From positions 288,220-352,219 of the forward strand of contig SVHV01000002.1 of the NCBI GenBank assembly GCA_015055605.1: 64,000 nucleotides of DNA, written 5' to 3'. This DNA is from Clostridiales bacterium. GTDB taxonomy: Bacteria > Bacillota > Clostridia > Christensenellales > UBA1242. This document shows positions 28,721 through 38,245 of the stretch, piece by piece. A program made the position numbers and the translations under genes. Numbering within the stretch: the stretch's first letter is position 1; each line of letters starts with the position of its first letter. Under the pieces are notes generated by a model. It made no database searches. It saw only the letters and a program-made list of their open reading frames with translations, and had not been told where the DNA came from.

Positions 28721-28893
28721 ATATATGAAACTAGGTATATTTTAGCAAAGTAATCTAAAAAAAGCAATAATTTTAGAAAGATTAACGAGATTTTTTGCAT
28801 GGTAGTATTGTGTGGATTTGGTGTAGAATGGCTTTGAGTGAGGGGAATGGTGTGTTATACTAGGAGTGAAATATATAGTGGGGTAGGTAGACA

Positions 28894-29427
28894 ATGAAAA
28901 TATTAATCGGAACAAAGAATCCTGGTAAAATTGAGGGCGCTAAGAGAGCTTTTGAAAAATTCTTTGATAATGTAGAAGTGGTGGGAGTATCTGTTAGTTC
29001 CGATGTTCCTGAACAGCCAGTGAATAAAGAAATATATATGGGTGCTAAGAATAGGGTAGACAATCTTATTAGATATGCTAGTGCAGAAGAATTAGATGCT
29101 GATTATTTCGTGGCAATAGAGTCTGGAATAACTGAAGAGTTGGGTAAATGGTCTATAGTTAATATGGCAGTTATTAAGGATAAATATGGGTATGAGAGTT
29201 GGGGTAATAGTGCTGGATTTCCTGTGCCTGATAGACTAGTTGATGATATTATTTCTAGGAGCTTAGGTGAGGTTATTGACGAGATTTTTGAGAAAAATGA
29301 CCTTAGGAGTTCTATAGGTGGCATTAGTTATCTAACTCATGGGGTTATGGATAGGATAGCTCTTACAGAAATGGCTTTTGTAATGGCATTGACACAGTTT
29401 GTTAATGGGGATATTTGGAGAGATTAG
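28894..29427 (+). CDS. yjjX: inosine/xanthosine triphosphatase (YjjX/DUF84 family)
   Basis: GTKNPGKIEGAKRAF..VSSDVPEQP..GAKNRV..YFVAIESGI parallels E. coli YjjX blocks. Confidence 0.8.
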   Translation: MKILIGTKNPGKIEGAKRAFEKFFDNVEVVGVSVSSDVPEQPVNKEIYMGAKNRVDNLIRYASAEELDADYFVAIESGITEELGKWSIVNMAVIKDKYGYESWGNSAGFPVPDRLVDDIISRSLGEVIDEIFEKNDLRSSIGGISYLTHGVMDRIALTEMAFVMALTQFVNGDIWRD

Positions 29428-29628
29428 TTGGTATTAAAATTATTTCGTCTAATATGATTATTTTGTAATATAAGTGAAACAATAAAATTGTCTTGAAATA
29501 TGTTTTTATTTGGCATATAATCTATAAGACTAAAAAAGATAAAATTATATATGGTAGGCTAGAGTATAATCTCTAGTCTATTTTACTAAAGAGAAGGTCG
29601 AAAAAAGTCGAATTTTTTTGGAGGGATT

Positions 29629-32600
29629 ATGTTGAAGAAAATTATTCTTTCTGTGATTTTGGTACTGGCGTCAATGTTGGTACTGGATACTAATATTGAT
29701 AGGTATGAGACTAAGGCTAGTTCCTCTAATATTATTACTTCTGATACCACACTAAATAGTGATATTGTGATTACTGAAGATAATGTTTCGGGAGATTATT
29801 TTACTATTACGGCTGGTGCAACTCTGAGTGTTGGTTCTATTACCATTTCTGGTCAAGCGAATTTGGGATCTTTGTTTAGGGTTGAGAATGGTGGAAGTTT
29901 AGTAATAAATGATTTGACTGTGTCTAGTGGCTTGAACATTACTACAATTGTTGTAAATTTTGGCGATGTTCATATTAAAAAATTAAGAGTAAACTGTAAT
30001 GCTATGGGTGATATTTACAATGACTCTGATAATTGTATTATAGAAGATGTGAATATTAGTCGTATTACACTGGTTTCTGGATATTTGACTGTTAATGAAA
30101 ATACAAAACTGGAAAAACAGATTAGTGTGGATTGTTTGGAGTCAAAACAATCTGTTCCTAGCCTTGTTGTAAAGGGTGATGGTGTGTATGCTAGTTATTT
30201 CATGGACAAGTTTGCTTATTATGGTTCTTATAAATATGTGAATACCAGTAACCCACTTGATACAACGCAATACCCTGCATACTTTGATTATGTTGGTTCT
30301 ATTGATAAGGTGAAGTCAAATAAGATTGATACTCTAAGCGCTGTTGGTTTGTCTACGGGAGATATTATTCTTACTGCGAAGACTGGTACTTATACAGATG
30401 CTGATAGCAATATTATATCTTTAGCTGGTAGATATACTACAATGAATGATTATTTAAGTAGTGGCGACTATACTGGTGGAACATATATGTTTAGGAGTGG
30501 ACTATATGATACTAATGTTAAGGTTGCCATGGATAATTACCATATAGCAGTTAGTACAGGTGCAGTATCATCTTTTGAAGAAGTAATTGATAGCAACTTA
30601 GAGCTAACTGTAGACTCTTATCTGAATAGTACAAAAGTAAATACATCGGTATATGACAAAGTTGGTTTGGGTGGTAGTTGGTTAGTCTTTGTAGACAAGG
30701 TAACTCCTGATTATACTATTAATAAAACAGAAAATATTGCATATACTACACTGTATGATTGTGCTTCACATATTGCCTTGTTAGTTTCTCATTCTGGTAC
30801 AGGAGTGACTGCAACATTAGGTGTGTCCTTTGTGGAAGATGTTACAATTAGCGTGTCTGCTCAATTAAGAGTTGATTCGTTTGAGTATAATGGTCGTAAC
30901 AGATGTGATGATATCGAGGCATTCTTTGTGCATGGAGGAGTTGAATATCCTTTGCGTGTAAATGGTGCTTCAATGATATCTGTCGGTCAGTATAGTGTAG
31001 AACTTTACCATACAGACCCTCAATATGTTGTTAACAATTCTATTCTTACAGTGTATATTACTGCTAAAGAAATTTCTCTTGATTACTCACAAACAAGTAG
31101 TGTGTATACGGGTGAGAGTATCGTTGTTTCTGCTACTTCTAATGGAGTAATTACAGGAGATGATTTGGGTCTTTCTCTTACAAACAATAGACAGGTCTCA
31201 GCGGGCACCTATACTGTAAATGCAAGTATTACTAATGGTAATTATGTGCTCGCAGATGAGTCTAAAACATACAATTTTGTAATAGATAAAGCAACTATTG
31301 ATGAGAGTTTGATTGCTTTTGAGGGTGTAGTTGAAGAGTATTCTGGAATCGGCGTTTTACCGAATCTTTCTGGTGTAGATAATAGGATTGTTGAAGTACA
31401 TTATGACTATGATGATATAGATATTGTCAGTGTGGGTACACATATTGTCAAAGTCTACCTATCTGTGATAAATGCAAATTACTACAACCTTCACACTACA
31501 GAGTATCAGGCAACGGTAACTATTTTACCTAAAGAGGTGATTCCGTCACTAGTAGAGGTGGAGATAGAATATTCGGGAGACCAGCCTGCTCTAGAGTTTA
31601 ATTTTGATGGTTTAGTAGGGGAAGAGTGGATATATTTAGATTATGATATGCCTACAGAATTTAGTGTTGGTGATTATTCTATAGATGTGTCTATAGATGT
31701 CACAGATGGCTATGGTGCTAATTACAAAATCAAAGACGGTTATGAAACTTTGTCATACAGTATAGTTAAGGCTACTGTGGATATGTCGGGTATTAGTTAT
31801 GATGACTGCACTATTCCTTATACAGGTATTGCTTATATGCCAGAGGTTGTAGGAGTTCCTGATTGTGTTAAGGTTGATTATGAATCAGAGAATGATATAT
31901 TTAAATTAGGCACACATACTATTACTGCTAGATTTAGCTTGTATGATACATATAATTATAATCCTCTCAGTGTCACATCTATTTCAATGACTCTAACAGT
32001 CGTTCCAGCAGAGATAGATGTTGAAGAAGTGGTTATGGATAATATTGCAGTAGACTATGATGGTGAGGCTCATGGTTTAATTGTAGAAAATCTACCTGAG
32101 AATGTTTCTGTGTCTCCTGTAATGCCAACATATACAAATGTTGGAACATATAATATAACAGTTACACTTGTTCCTGTTAGTAGTAATTATGTTTTGGTTG
32201 GTAGAGATAGTATGACACTAACAGCAACACTTACTATTAATGCGATTGACTATGACTTATCTGGGGTGGTTTGTGAGGACACAACTGTTACTTATGATGG
32301 CGAAGAACATACAATTTTATTTACAGGAACACTTCCTGATGGACTTACTGCAAATACACTTGTAAAGAAAGTTAATGTTGGTAGTTATGATATAGAACTT
32401 TCTTTTGTTAGTGCTAATGATAATTACAATCTTCCTAGTCCTATCACAAAGAAATTAACTATCTTGCCAAAGGTGATTACTATATCCCTTGTGAGAGATT
32501 GTTTTACATACACAGGCGAAGAGTTTACTGTAGAGTATACATTAGAGGATGTTTGTGATGGTGATACAGTAGAGGTCGTTCTGCTTAATAACAAAAATTC

Positions 32601-33627
32601 ACAAGCATCTAATTATGTTGCAACAGTAGACAGTATTTCTAATAGTAATTATACTTTGGATAAAAACTCTCTACCTTATACTATTGCAAAAGCAAATATT
32701 AATATGTCAGGCATTTCGTTGCCAAATAAAGAGATAGAGTATTTTGGTGCTGTTTATACTCCTGCTATTACTGGTACACTTCCTACAGGAGTAACTTGTA
32801 GTATTACTCACTCTGAAATTAAAAATGTTGGAACATATAATATTGTAGCGTCATTTACAGTTGGGGATAATTACAATAAACCTAGTGACCTGACTGCAGT
32901 GATTACCGTACTACCTAAGCCTGTTGTAGTACAATTTAGCAATCATCTAAACCTTATGTATACTGGAGAGACTCAGTATATTAGTGTTAGTGTTGTTGGA
33001 ATGATAGTAGAAGAGGAATATACTGTTGTTTATTCTGCTGAGCCTAGGGAAGTGGGCGAGTATATGTGTGAAGTAATCCTTGCTGCAGATTCAAATTATA
33101 CCATTCCTGGTGATACTAGATGTTACTTTGATATTCATACGGACCACAAGACATTCTCTGATGACGATTATGTATTAAATGTTACAAATGGTATGTTTAA
33201 GGCTAGTAATGAAGTTTATGTAGATAAAATAACTTTGGATACATCTGTGTTTGGTAGAATAAATGCCTTACATACAGATATAGCATTTGTGGATAGTCTT
33301 AAGATTATGTCTGACCATGGTGAAAGTGCTGTGAGTGTTTCACTAGAACTAAAAGACTTAAATCTAAAGAATGCAAAGCATATAACAGTGTACTCATTAA
33401 ATACAGAGGGCCAGTTGATAAAAGTAAATTATCAAGTGGTTGGCAATGCTCTCCAGTTCTCTGCTCTGCCTAATAGCAGTTTCGTTATTGTTCAAGATAG
33501 AGTGGATAATTCTATAATGAGATTAGTGGTTATAGTTTTGGCCTTATTTGTGGTTGTGCTTGCATTTAGTCTAGTTATGGCGATTAGAAACGGTAGACAA
33601 AAGAAACTTAAGTCACAGATTAAGTAG
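29629..33627 (+). CDS. giant cell-surface protein: signal peptide, beta-helix-like N-domain, about 10 MBG/YGX-type Ig-like repeats, C-terminal TM anchor
   Basis: N-terminal signal sequence. Recurrent ~80-aa units share the pattern Y(T/S)G....(V/I)G(T/S)Y.(I/V)......NY.L......(L/I)(T/V)I.(P/K). The hydrophobic LVVIVLALFVVVLAFSLVMAI is followed by RNGRQKK. Confidence 0.8.
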   Translation: MLKKIILSVILVLASMLVLDTNIDRYETKASSSNIITSDTTLNSDIVITEDNVSGDYFTITAGATLSVGSITISGQANLGSLFRVENGGSLVINDLTVSSGLNITTIVVNFGDVHIKKLRVNCNAMGDIYNDSDNCIIEDVNISRITLVSGYLTVNENTKLEKQISVDCLESKQSVPSLVVKGDGVYASYFMDKFAYYGSYKYVNTSNPLDTTQYPAYFDYVGSIDKVKSNKIDTLSAVGLSTGDIILTAKTGTYTDADSNIISLAGRYTTMNDYLSSGDYTGGTYMFRSGLYDTNVKVAMDNYHIAVSTGAVSSFEEVIDSNLELTVDSYLNSTKVNTSVYDKVGLGGSWLVFVDKVTPDYTINKTENIAYTTLYDCASHIALLVSHSGTGVTATLGVSFVEDVTISVSAQLRVDSFEYNGRNRCDDIEAFFVHGGVEYPLRVNGASMISVGQYSVELYHTDPQYVVNNSILTVYITAKEISLDYSQTSSVYTGESIVVSATSNGVITGDDLGLSLTNNRQVSAGTYTVNASITNGNYVLADESKTYNFVIDKATIDESLIAFEGVVEEYSGIGVLPNLSGVDNRIVEVHYDYDDIDIVSVGTHIVKVYLSVINANYYNLHTTEYQATVTILPKEVIPSLVEVEIEYSGDQPALEFNFDGLVGEEWIYLDYDMPTEFSVGDYSIDVSIDVTDGYGANYKIKDGYETLSYSIVKATVDMSGISYDDCTIPYTGIAYMPEVVGVPDCVKVDYESENDIFKLGTHTITARFSLYDTYNYNPLSVTSISMTLTVVPAEIDVEEVVMDNIAVDYDGEAHGLIVENLPENVSVSPVMPTYTNVGTYNITVTLVPVSSNYVLVGRDSMTLTATLTINAIDYDLSGVVCEDTTVTYDGEEHTILFTGTLPDGLTANTLVKKVNVGSYDIELSFVSANDNYNLPSPITKKLTILPKVITISLVRDCFTYTGEEFTVEYTLEDVCDGDTVEVVLLNNKNSQASNYVATVDSISNSNYTLDKNSLPYTIAKANINMSGISLPNKEIEYFGAVYTPAITGTLPTGVTCSITHSEIKNVGTYNIVASFTVGDNYNKPSDLTAVITVLPKPVVVQFSNHLNLMYTGETQYISVSVVGMIVEEEYTVVYSAEPREVGEYMCEVILAADSNYTIPGDTRCYFDIHTDHKTFSDDDYVLNVTNGMFKASNEVYVDKITLDTSVFGRINALHTDIAFVDSLKIMSDHGESAVSVSLELKDLNLKNAKHITVYSLNTEGQLIKVNYQVVGNALQFSALPNSSFVIVQDRVDNSIMRLVVIVLALFVVVLAFSLVMAIRNGRQKKLKSQIK

Positions 33628-33699
33628 TGTGTAATATCGATTAAAATGATAAAAAATAAATAATGTGTAAAAAAAATAAAAGGCAGTTTGTACTGTCTT

Positions 33700-34413
33700 T
33701 TATTTTCTTTTGAATTGTAGTAGATAGGATTTATCTTCTTCGCTGATTCTATAACTATCTCTGCATTTGGATATAGATTTGTTGATTATGAAACTATTAG
33801 TTGTATTTTCTTTGTAATATTCTATTGTTGTATCTCGAAATTTTGTCATACATTCTGCTAGTAGCCATGCTCCAGCCATATTCACATAATATTCATTTTC
33901 ATTTGCTAATGAGTTTAGAATGTCGAATATTACAGCTGTGCAGTCATGTACACTAGTGAGTTTGAGTAGTATTATGAGAGCAAGTCTACGAGAAAATGTG
34001 TATTTTGATTTGATTAATTGTATGGATAGTGTGATAAATTTTGGTATATTGTCTGTGGTGAAGTGGAATTTTAGACAGTCAATTGTTGACCAGTTGTCTG
34101 CTCGTTCTGAGTATGGTATGAGGTATTTAACGAGTGTGTTGTAGTCCTTGATTTTATTTAGAATTTTGCCAAAGACTAATGTTGCAGAGTGGTTTTCCCA
34201 TATCCATAAGTTTAGAAAAGACTGGTAGTTTCCTCTGTAAATACTCCTTGCAATTCTATCTATTTCGATAGATGGTACTGCTAAACAGGGAAGGTTGGTG
34301 TTTACAATTCTTTGCTCCCACACACCCTTTTCTTGCCCTTTGCTAAATGATGAAAGGTATGTAAGGAAGTGTTCTTTATCTTCTGCTGACCATTGTGTTT
34401 TTGTTAAATCCAT
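33700..34413 (-). CDS. DNA alkylation repair protein (AlkD-like HEAT-repeat family)
   Basis: Size (237 aa) and blocks such as WIWENHSATLVFGKIL, RRLALIILLKL and NMAGAWLLAE resemble the PF08713 family. Confidence 0.6.
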   Translation of the reverse strand: MDLTKTQWSAEDKEHFLTYLSSFSKGQEKGVWEQRIVNTNLPCLAVPSIEIDRIARSIYRGNYQSFLNLWIWENHSATLVFGKILNKIKDYNTLVKYLIPYSERADNWSTIDCLKFHFTTDNIPKFITLSIQLIKSKYTFSRRLALIILLKLTSVHDCTAVIFDILNSLANENEYYVNMAGAWLLAECMTKFRDTTIEYYKENTTNSFIINKSISKCRDSYRISEEDKSYLLQFKRK

Positions 34414-34948
34414 TGTACTATCCTCTGCATAAAAATATATGTTAATTATATGTTTTAGTATTTAAGAAAGTCAAGTGATTGGGTAGATGCTGAGAGGTGG
34501 TGGGTGTGATTTGTGAAGAGGACTATATAAAAAGTCTTTACAAAACATTGTTTTTGTATTAATATAAAGGTATCAATTTCGTTTGAAATTGTTCCCATAT
34601 TGTACAAAAACTTTATGTATCATTGAAAAAAGGTTATAGCCTTTTGATAATGAAAATTTTTAAAAGTATACAAAAGGGTCTGATACTTCATAATTATTTC
34701 TCCTTTCAATTTATTTGTAAAAGTAAATTGATGGAGAGTTATGAAAGATTGACCTCTATGGATGAGAATGCCTCGTGCTTAATGCACAAAAGATTGTACA
34801 GATGTATAGGCTCTGAGACTGCTATAATGGCACCTCCAAAAATTATTGTGTACAAAACAATTCATTGTGGGTCTAAGATTATCATGTTATTTACCTCCTT
34901 TTTGTAAAAACTAAGGATACATTGTTGAATGTGGATTTAAGTGTAATA

Positions 34949-35051
34949 GTTTTTGTATCTTATAATTTCTAGTGGGTCTATAACTAACCATAAAACACCT
35001 CACTTAAATTTTTCAGTTTTTGTATCTTATAATTCCTAGTGGGGCTATAAC
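34949..35051 (-). CRISPR. minimal CRISPR array: two 36-nt repeats and one 31-nt spacer
   Basis: Repeat 1 at 34949-34984 is GTTTTTGTATCTTATAATTTCTAGTGGGTCTATAAC. Repeat 2 at 35016-35051 is GTTTTTGTATCTTATAATTCCTAGTGGGGCTATAAC. Identity is 34/36 and the period is 67 nt. The reverse complement of repeat 2, GTTATAGCCCCACTAGGAATTATAAGATACAAAAAC, ends in AAAAC as Cas13a/d repeats do, hence the minus-strand call. The array lies 255 bp upstream of the cas13d-like ORF. Confidence 0.7.
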
Positions 35052-35180
35052 TAAGACAGATGAGATAACTGAGTGAAAAAGTATATGATTGCCCGATATG
35101 TATTAAGAGCAGAGCGTTCTGGTCTTATTTTTTTTACAATAGAAAAAGACAGGTGTACGCTCCTGCCTTTTTATAAATAT

Positions 35181-35209
35181 TTGACATGGGGTCTGAATTA
35201 CAATATAAT
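35181..35209 (+). promoter_or_regulatory. consensus sigma-70/SigA promoter for the cas13d-like gene
   Basis: TTGACA (35181-35186), a 17-nt spacer, then TATAAT (35204-35209), about 100 nt upstream of the start codon. Confidence 0.7.
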
Positions 35210-35306
35210 CAAATTATCAGGTTAAAGGAAATTTAGGCTGTTTCTCTTTGTGAGATAATAATTACAAAGGTTGTGCTTTTAATGATAAGGTTGCAATCAA
35301 CAAGGA

Positions 35307-38153
35307 ATGTTTATGAAGAAATTTTCTAATATTAAAAGGCTCGGAGTAAAGTCTGTGCACTATGCTAATAATACTGTTATAGTAGAGGACCATTTTTCTA
35401 AAAATACGAACATACTCTTTACTGCAGAGTATGAGAATATTGATGACTTAAAGTCTTGTACTAATATTGATAAAACTGCTGAGAACAAAGGTGTAAGATT
35501 TACAGACCTAAAGAACAAGAATGGATTTGAACTTAGTGCCATGGCTCAGAAACAAATCCTAAAATCGAGAGTGAATAGGGTAAAAAAAGTATCTTATACT
35601 CAAGAGTTATTTGACATTACTACCGATAATAATATTGAGGTGCAGATATTTAGTAACTTAGAAGATGTAAAGAAAGTTATTGCACCATACTATAATAATG
35701 TTGCTTATGCGATTAATTCGCTTTATAGAGATATATCTAATGACGATAGTTATGGTTTTGATAAAATTGGCTCTATTCCAGTAGATGCTGATTGGTATAA
35801 TTTTTTAAAAGATGCACCAGATAAGAAAGAAAAGTGGACAACATATATTATTCCGAGTTACAAAAAAGTTATTGCTAGATTTGGTATCCAGATGGAAAAA
35901 AATCAGCAGGTTAATTTTTGCAAATGTTTAGAATATGTGGCTATTAGAAATGGTCTTTTTGTTAAGTTTAAAGACGAAAAAGTTGACCCTGATAAGTTGC
36001 TAAATAAAAAGATTCAAGAAAAACTAGACAAACTAATTAGTGATAAGGAAGTTAATGACAAACTTTTTGAATTGGCAAAAACTCCAGTGTCTGAGTTTTG
36101 TGCAGAGGCAAATGCTATACCTCTATATAGATATGCCTTTATTGGACAAAAAGGTAAGAGGATAGAAAAGATTGTTCTAGACAAATTAGAAGAAAATGAA
36201 ATTCTTAGTTCTTTGGTTAGGAAGATCGATGAAAATGAGACGACATACAATTATCTAAGATTGCTAAGTGCTATCAGACAATATGTTGTGCATAATTCTA
36301 GAAAAGTTAGAATAGATAAGAATGTGTTTATCAATGATACGGCTAAGAGAGATGTTGAAGAATTTGCTAAACAATTCCAAAAGAACAACTACAAGTATTT
36401 CTGTATCCTAAAGGAACTATATTCGGATAGCGATATTTTGGAGCAGTTCTTTGACTATACTGTCTTTGATGAGGCTAGAAATTTAAAAATTTCTATAGAT
36501 AAGATTAAAAAGGGTATTACAGCTAATATTGATATTTCTGCTGATGTTGAGCCAGATAAATTATCTGAATATGCCAACAAATTTAGAACAGTAACAATGT
36601 TTGCGCTCACTAAATACCTAAAGGAAAATGTTGGAGAGATAGAAGACTTTCTTGCGAATATCAAGGTGTGTTCTAGTGATGAAGAAAAGGCTGGGGTTTA
36701 TGAGCAAAAGGCTAAAGAATTTATAACTAAATTCGATAGTTTTAAGGATATTAGGTCAGTAGTAAAGAAACATTTGGGAACTCAGAAAGTGAATGAGAAA
36801 TTTGACTTTTATCCATCAGATATTAATTTTGGTAGGGATAGTAATGTGTTCTTCAATATGTTATATGTTATGAGTAAATTCCTAACAGTTAATGAGGCTC
36901 GTATTATGTTCCAAAAAATCAAAAGCAAGTATGATAGTGTAAAGTCTTTGCTTAAGATTGCTGAATTAACAGGTGTTACCCTTAGTGATAATTTATTCGA
37001 TAGATTCCGTATGATATTTGATAAAGAAAGGGTTGACGAGTATCAAAAACAACTCATTGTTTTGCAAAGTATTAGGACTAGAAATGGTGTTAGTCAAGAA
37101 GGCTTTGCTAAAGAACTAAAGAGAATCTTTGACATGTTCAAAAAAGACGATATTTCTTATGAGGAGTTTGAAAAAGAACTAAGTTTGGACGAAAATCAAA
37201 ATGAGATTAAGAATAAGTCGTTTAAACTAAAGCCCCTTAAGAGTTATCTTAGAAATGATGTCTATAAATCTAAACAATATCAGTACATTTCTTCTTTTGC
37301 TTCTGCAGGAATCTGTCAGAAAATTATGGAGAATAAAGATATTGTTGCCTTTGTATTAAATGGTATGTTGTATCAAGAAGGCAAACTCAGTATGCCTATG
37401 CATAAATATGTTGCTAAGGTATATCATGACTTTAGAAGAGAAAAGATTGATGAGAATAGTGCTAATTATTTATTAGACCAAAACCAAATATCTTCTTTGG
37501 TAAATAGTCTGTGTGACCTAAAACTGGAGAATATTATTGAGGCTATTTTTAAAGAGTCAAGAGTGAATTATAAGGCACTAGTTAGACTCTATCTTAATAT
37601 TTGTTATTTGTTTGTTAAGAATATTATTTCGCTTAATTCTACCTATTTGATTCAGTTTCAGGATTATGAGAATATTTATAAGCAACTTCATCTAGAAGAT
37701 TTGATGGATATAACTTATGATTTTGGTGTATTAAATAACTTTGTAGAGAATGCTCCAAACAAAAAATGTAGATCATATATGCAACTACAAACATTGCTCG
37801 AAAAAGATTATATAAAGGATTATATTTATACTCCTGAATATCAAGTATTGCAAGATAGATATAGAAATCTAGTTGTTCATTCTTCTTTATTATTTGGTCT
37901 TGATAAGATTGATTTTGATTTTGGCGAGGTGCAGAATATTTCTTCTTATTTCGCTATTTATCAGACTCTTGTCCAGAGACTTGTGGAGCAAGATGCTAGA
38001 GAGGTGTGGGGTGAGAAGTTTGATGAGTATTTTGCTCTAAATAATGGTAAGACTTATTCAACTAAACTATGTATTGCTCTTAATATGCCTTATGCATATA
38101 ATATTTCTAGATTCAATAATAATACCATTGAAAAATATTCAAACAAAAGGTAA
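35307..38153 (+). CDS. cas13d: Cas13d-like type VI-D CRISPR effector (dual-HEPN RNA-guided RNase)
   Basis: 948 aa; the likelier start is the ATG at 35313, 6 nt after AAGGA. HEPN motifs are SAIRQYVVHNS (R324/H329) and RYRNLVVHSS (R853/H858). Blocks resemble Eubacterium siraeum Cas13d as I recall it: GVKSVHYANNTVIV, VQIFSNLEDVKKVIAPYYNNVAYAINSL, LVRLYLNICYLFVKNIISLNSTYLIQF, SSYFAIYQTLVQRL and MPYAYNISRFNNNTIE. It sits next to the repeats. Confidence 0.88.
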   Translation: MFMKKFSNIKRLGVKSVHYANNTVIVEDHFSKNTNILFTAEYENIDDLKSCTNIDKTAENKGVRFTDLKNKNGFELSAMAQKQILKSRVNRVKKVSYTQELFDITTDNNIEVQIFSNLEDVKKVIAPYYNNVAYAINSLYRDISNDDSYGFDKIGSIPVDADWYNFLKDAPDKKEKWTTYIIPSYKKVIARFGIQMEKNQQVNFCKCLEYVAIRNGLFVKFKDEKVDPDKLLNKKIQEKLDKLISDKEVNDKLFELAKTPVSEFCAEANAIPLYRYAFIGQKGKRIEKIVLDKLEENEILSSLVRKIDENETTYNYLRLLSAIRQYVVHNSRKVRIDKNVFINDTAKRDVEEFAKQFQKNNYKYFCILKELYSDSDILEQFFDYTVFDEARNLKISIDKIKKGITANIDISADVEPDKLSEYANKFRTVTMFALTKYLKENVGEIEDFLANIKVCSSDEEKAGVYEQKAKEFITKFDSFKDIRSVVKKHLGTQKVNEKFDFYPSDINFGRDSNVFFNMLYVMSKFLTVNEARIMFQKIKSKYDSVKSLLKIAELTGVTLSDNLFDRFRMIFDKERVDEYQKQLIVLQSIRTRNGVSQEGFAKELKRIFDMFKKDDISYEEFEKELSLDENQNEIKNKSFKLKPLKSYLRNDVYKSKQYQYISSFASAGICQKIMENKDIVAFVLNGMLYQEGKLSMPMHKYVAKVYHDFRREKIDENSANYLLDQNQISSLVNSLCDLKLENIIEAIFKESRVNYKALVRLYLNICYLFVKNIISLNSTYLIQFQDYENIYKQLHLEDLMDITYDFGVLNNFVENAPNKKCRSYMQLQTLLEKDYIKDYIYTPEYQVLQDRYRNLVVHSSLLFGLDKIDFDFGEVQNISSYFAIYQTLVQRLVEQDAREVWGEKFDEYFALNNGKTYSTKLCIALNMPYAYNISRFNNNTIEKYSNKR

Positions 38154-38186
38154 ACCCATATAGAAATGTTGTTGGATTTAAGGTAA

Positions 38187-38226
38187 CAAAAAAGCGAAGG
38201 TGAATTGTTTCACTTTCGCTTTTTGT
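38187..38226. terminator. bidirectional intrinsic terminator between convergent genes
   Basis: AAAAAAGCGAAGGTGAATTGTTTCACTTTCGCTTTTTG is a stem flanked by an A-run and a T-run. Confidence 0.8.
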
Positions 38227-38245
38227 TTAATACCTAGTTGAAATA

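Noticed and set aside
34550-34883. Possible additional degenerate CRISPR repeats: GTTTTTGTAT at 34550, and about 60 percent similarity at 34843-34883 including GTGGGTCTA
   Set aside because: The second candidate (34843) is not in register with the 67-nt period, being offset by 105 nt, and the first (offset about 399 nt, near 6 periods) matches only in a 10-mer. A 9-10-mer match in AT-rich DNA of this length can occur by chance. They may be array remnants, but I do not call them.
34623-34907. 94-aa TTG-initiated ORF in the 0.5-kb gap upstream of the CRISPR repeats
   Set aside because: It has no RBS, a non-ATG start and an odd composition. It lies in the presumed array-distal non-coding flank. 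I cannot exclude a small accessory protein, but nothing supports one.
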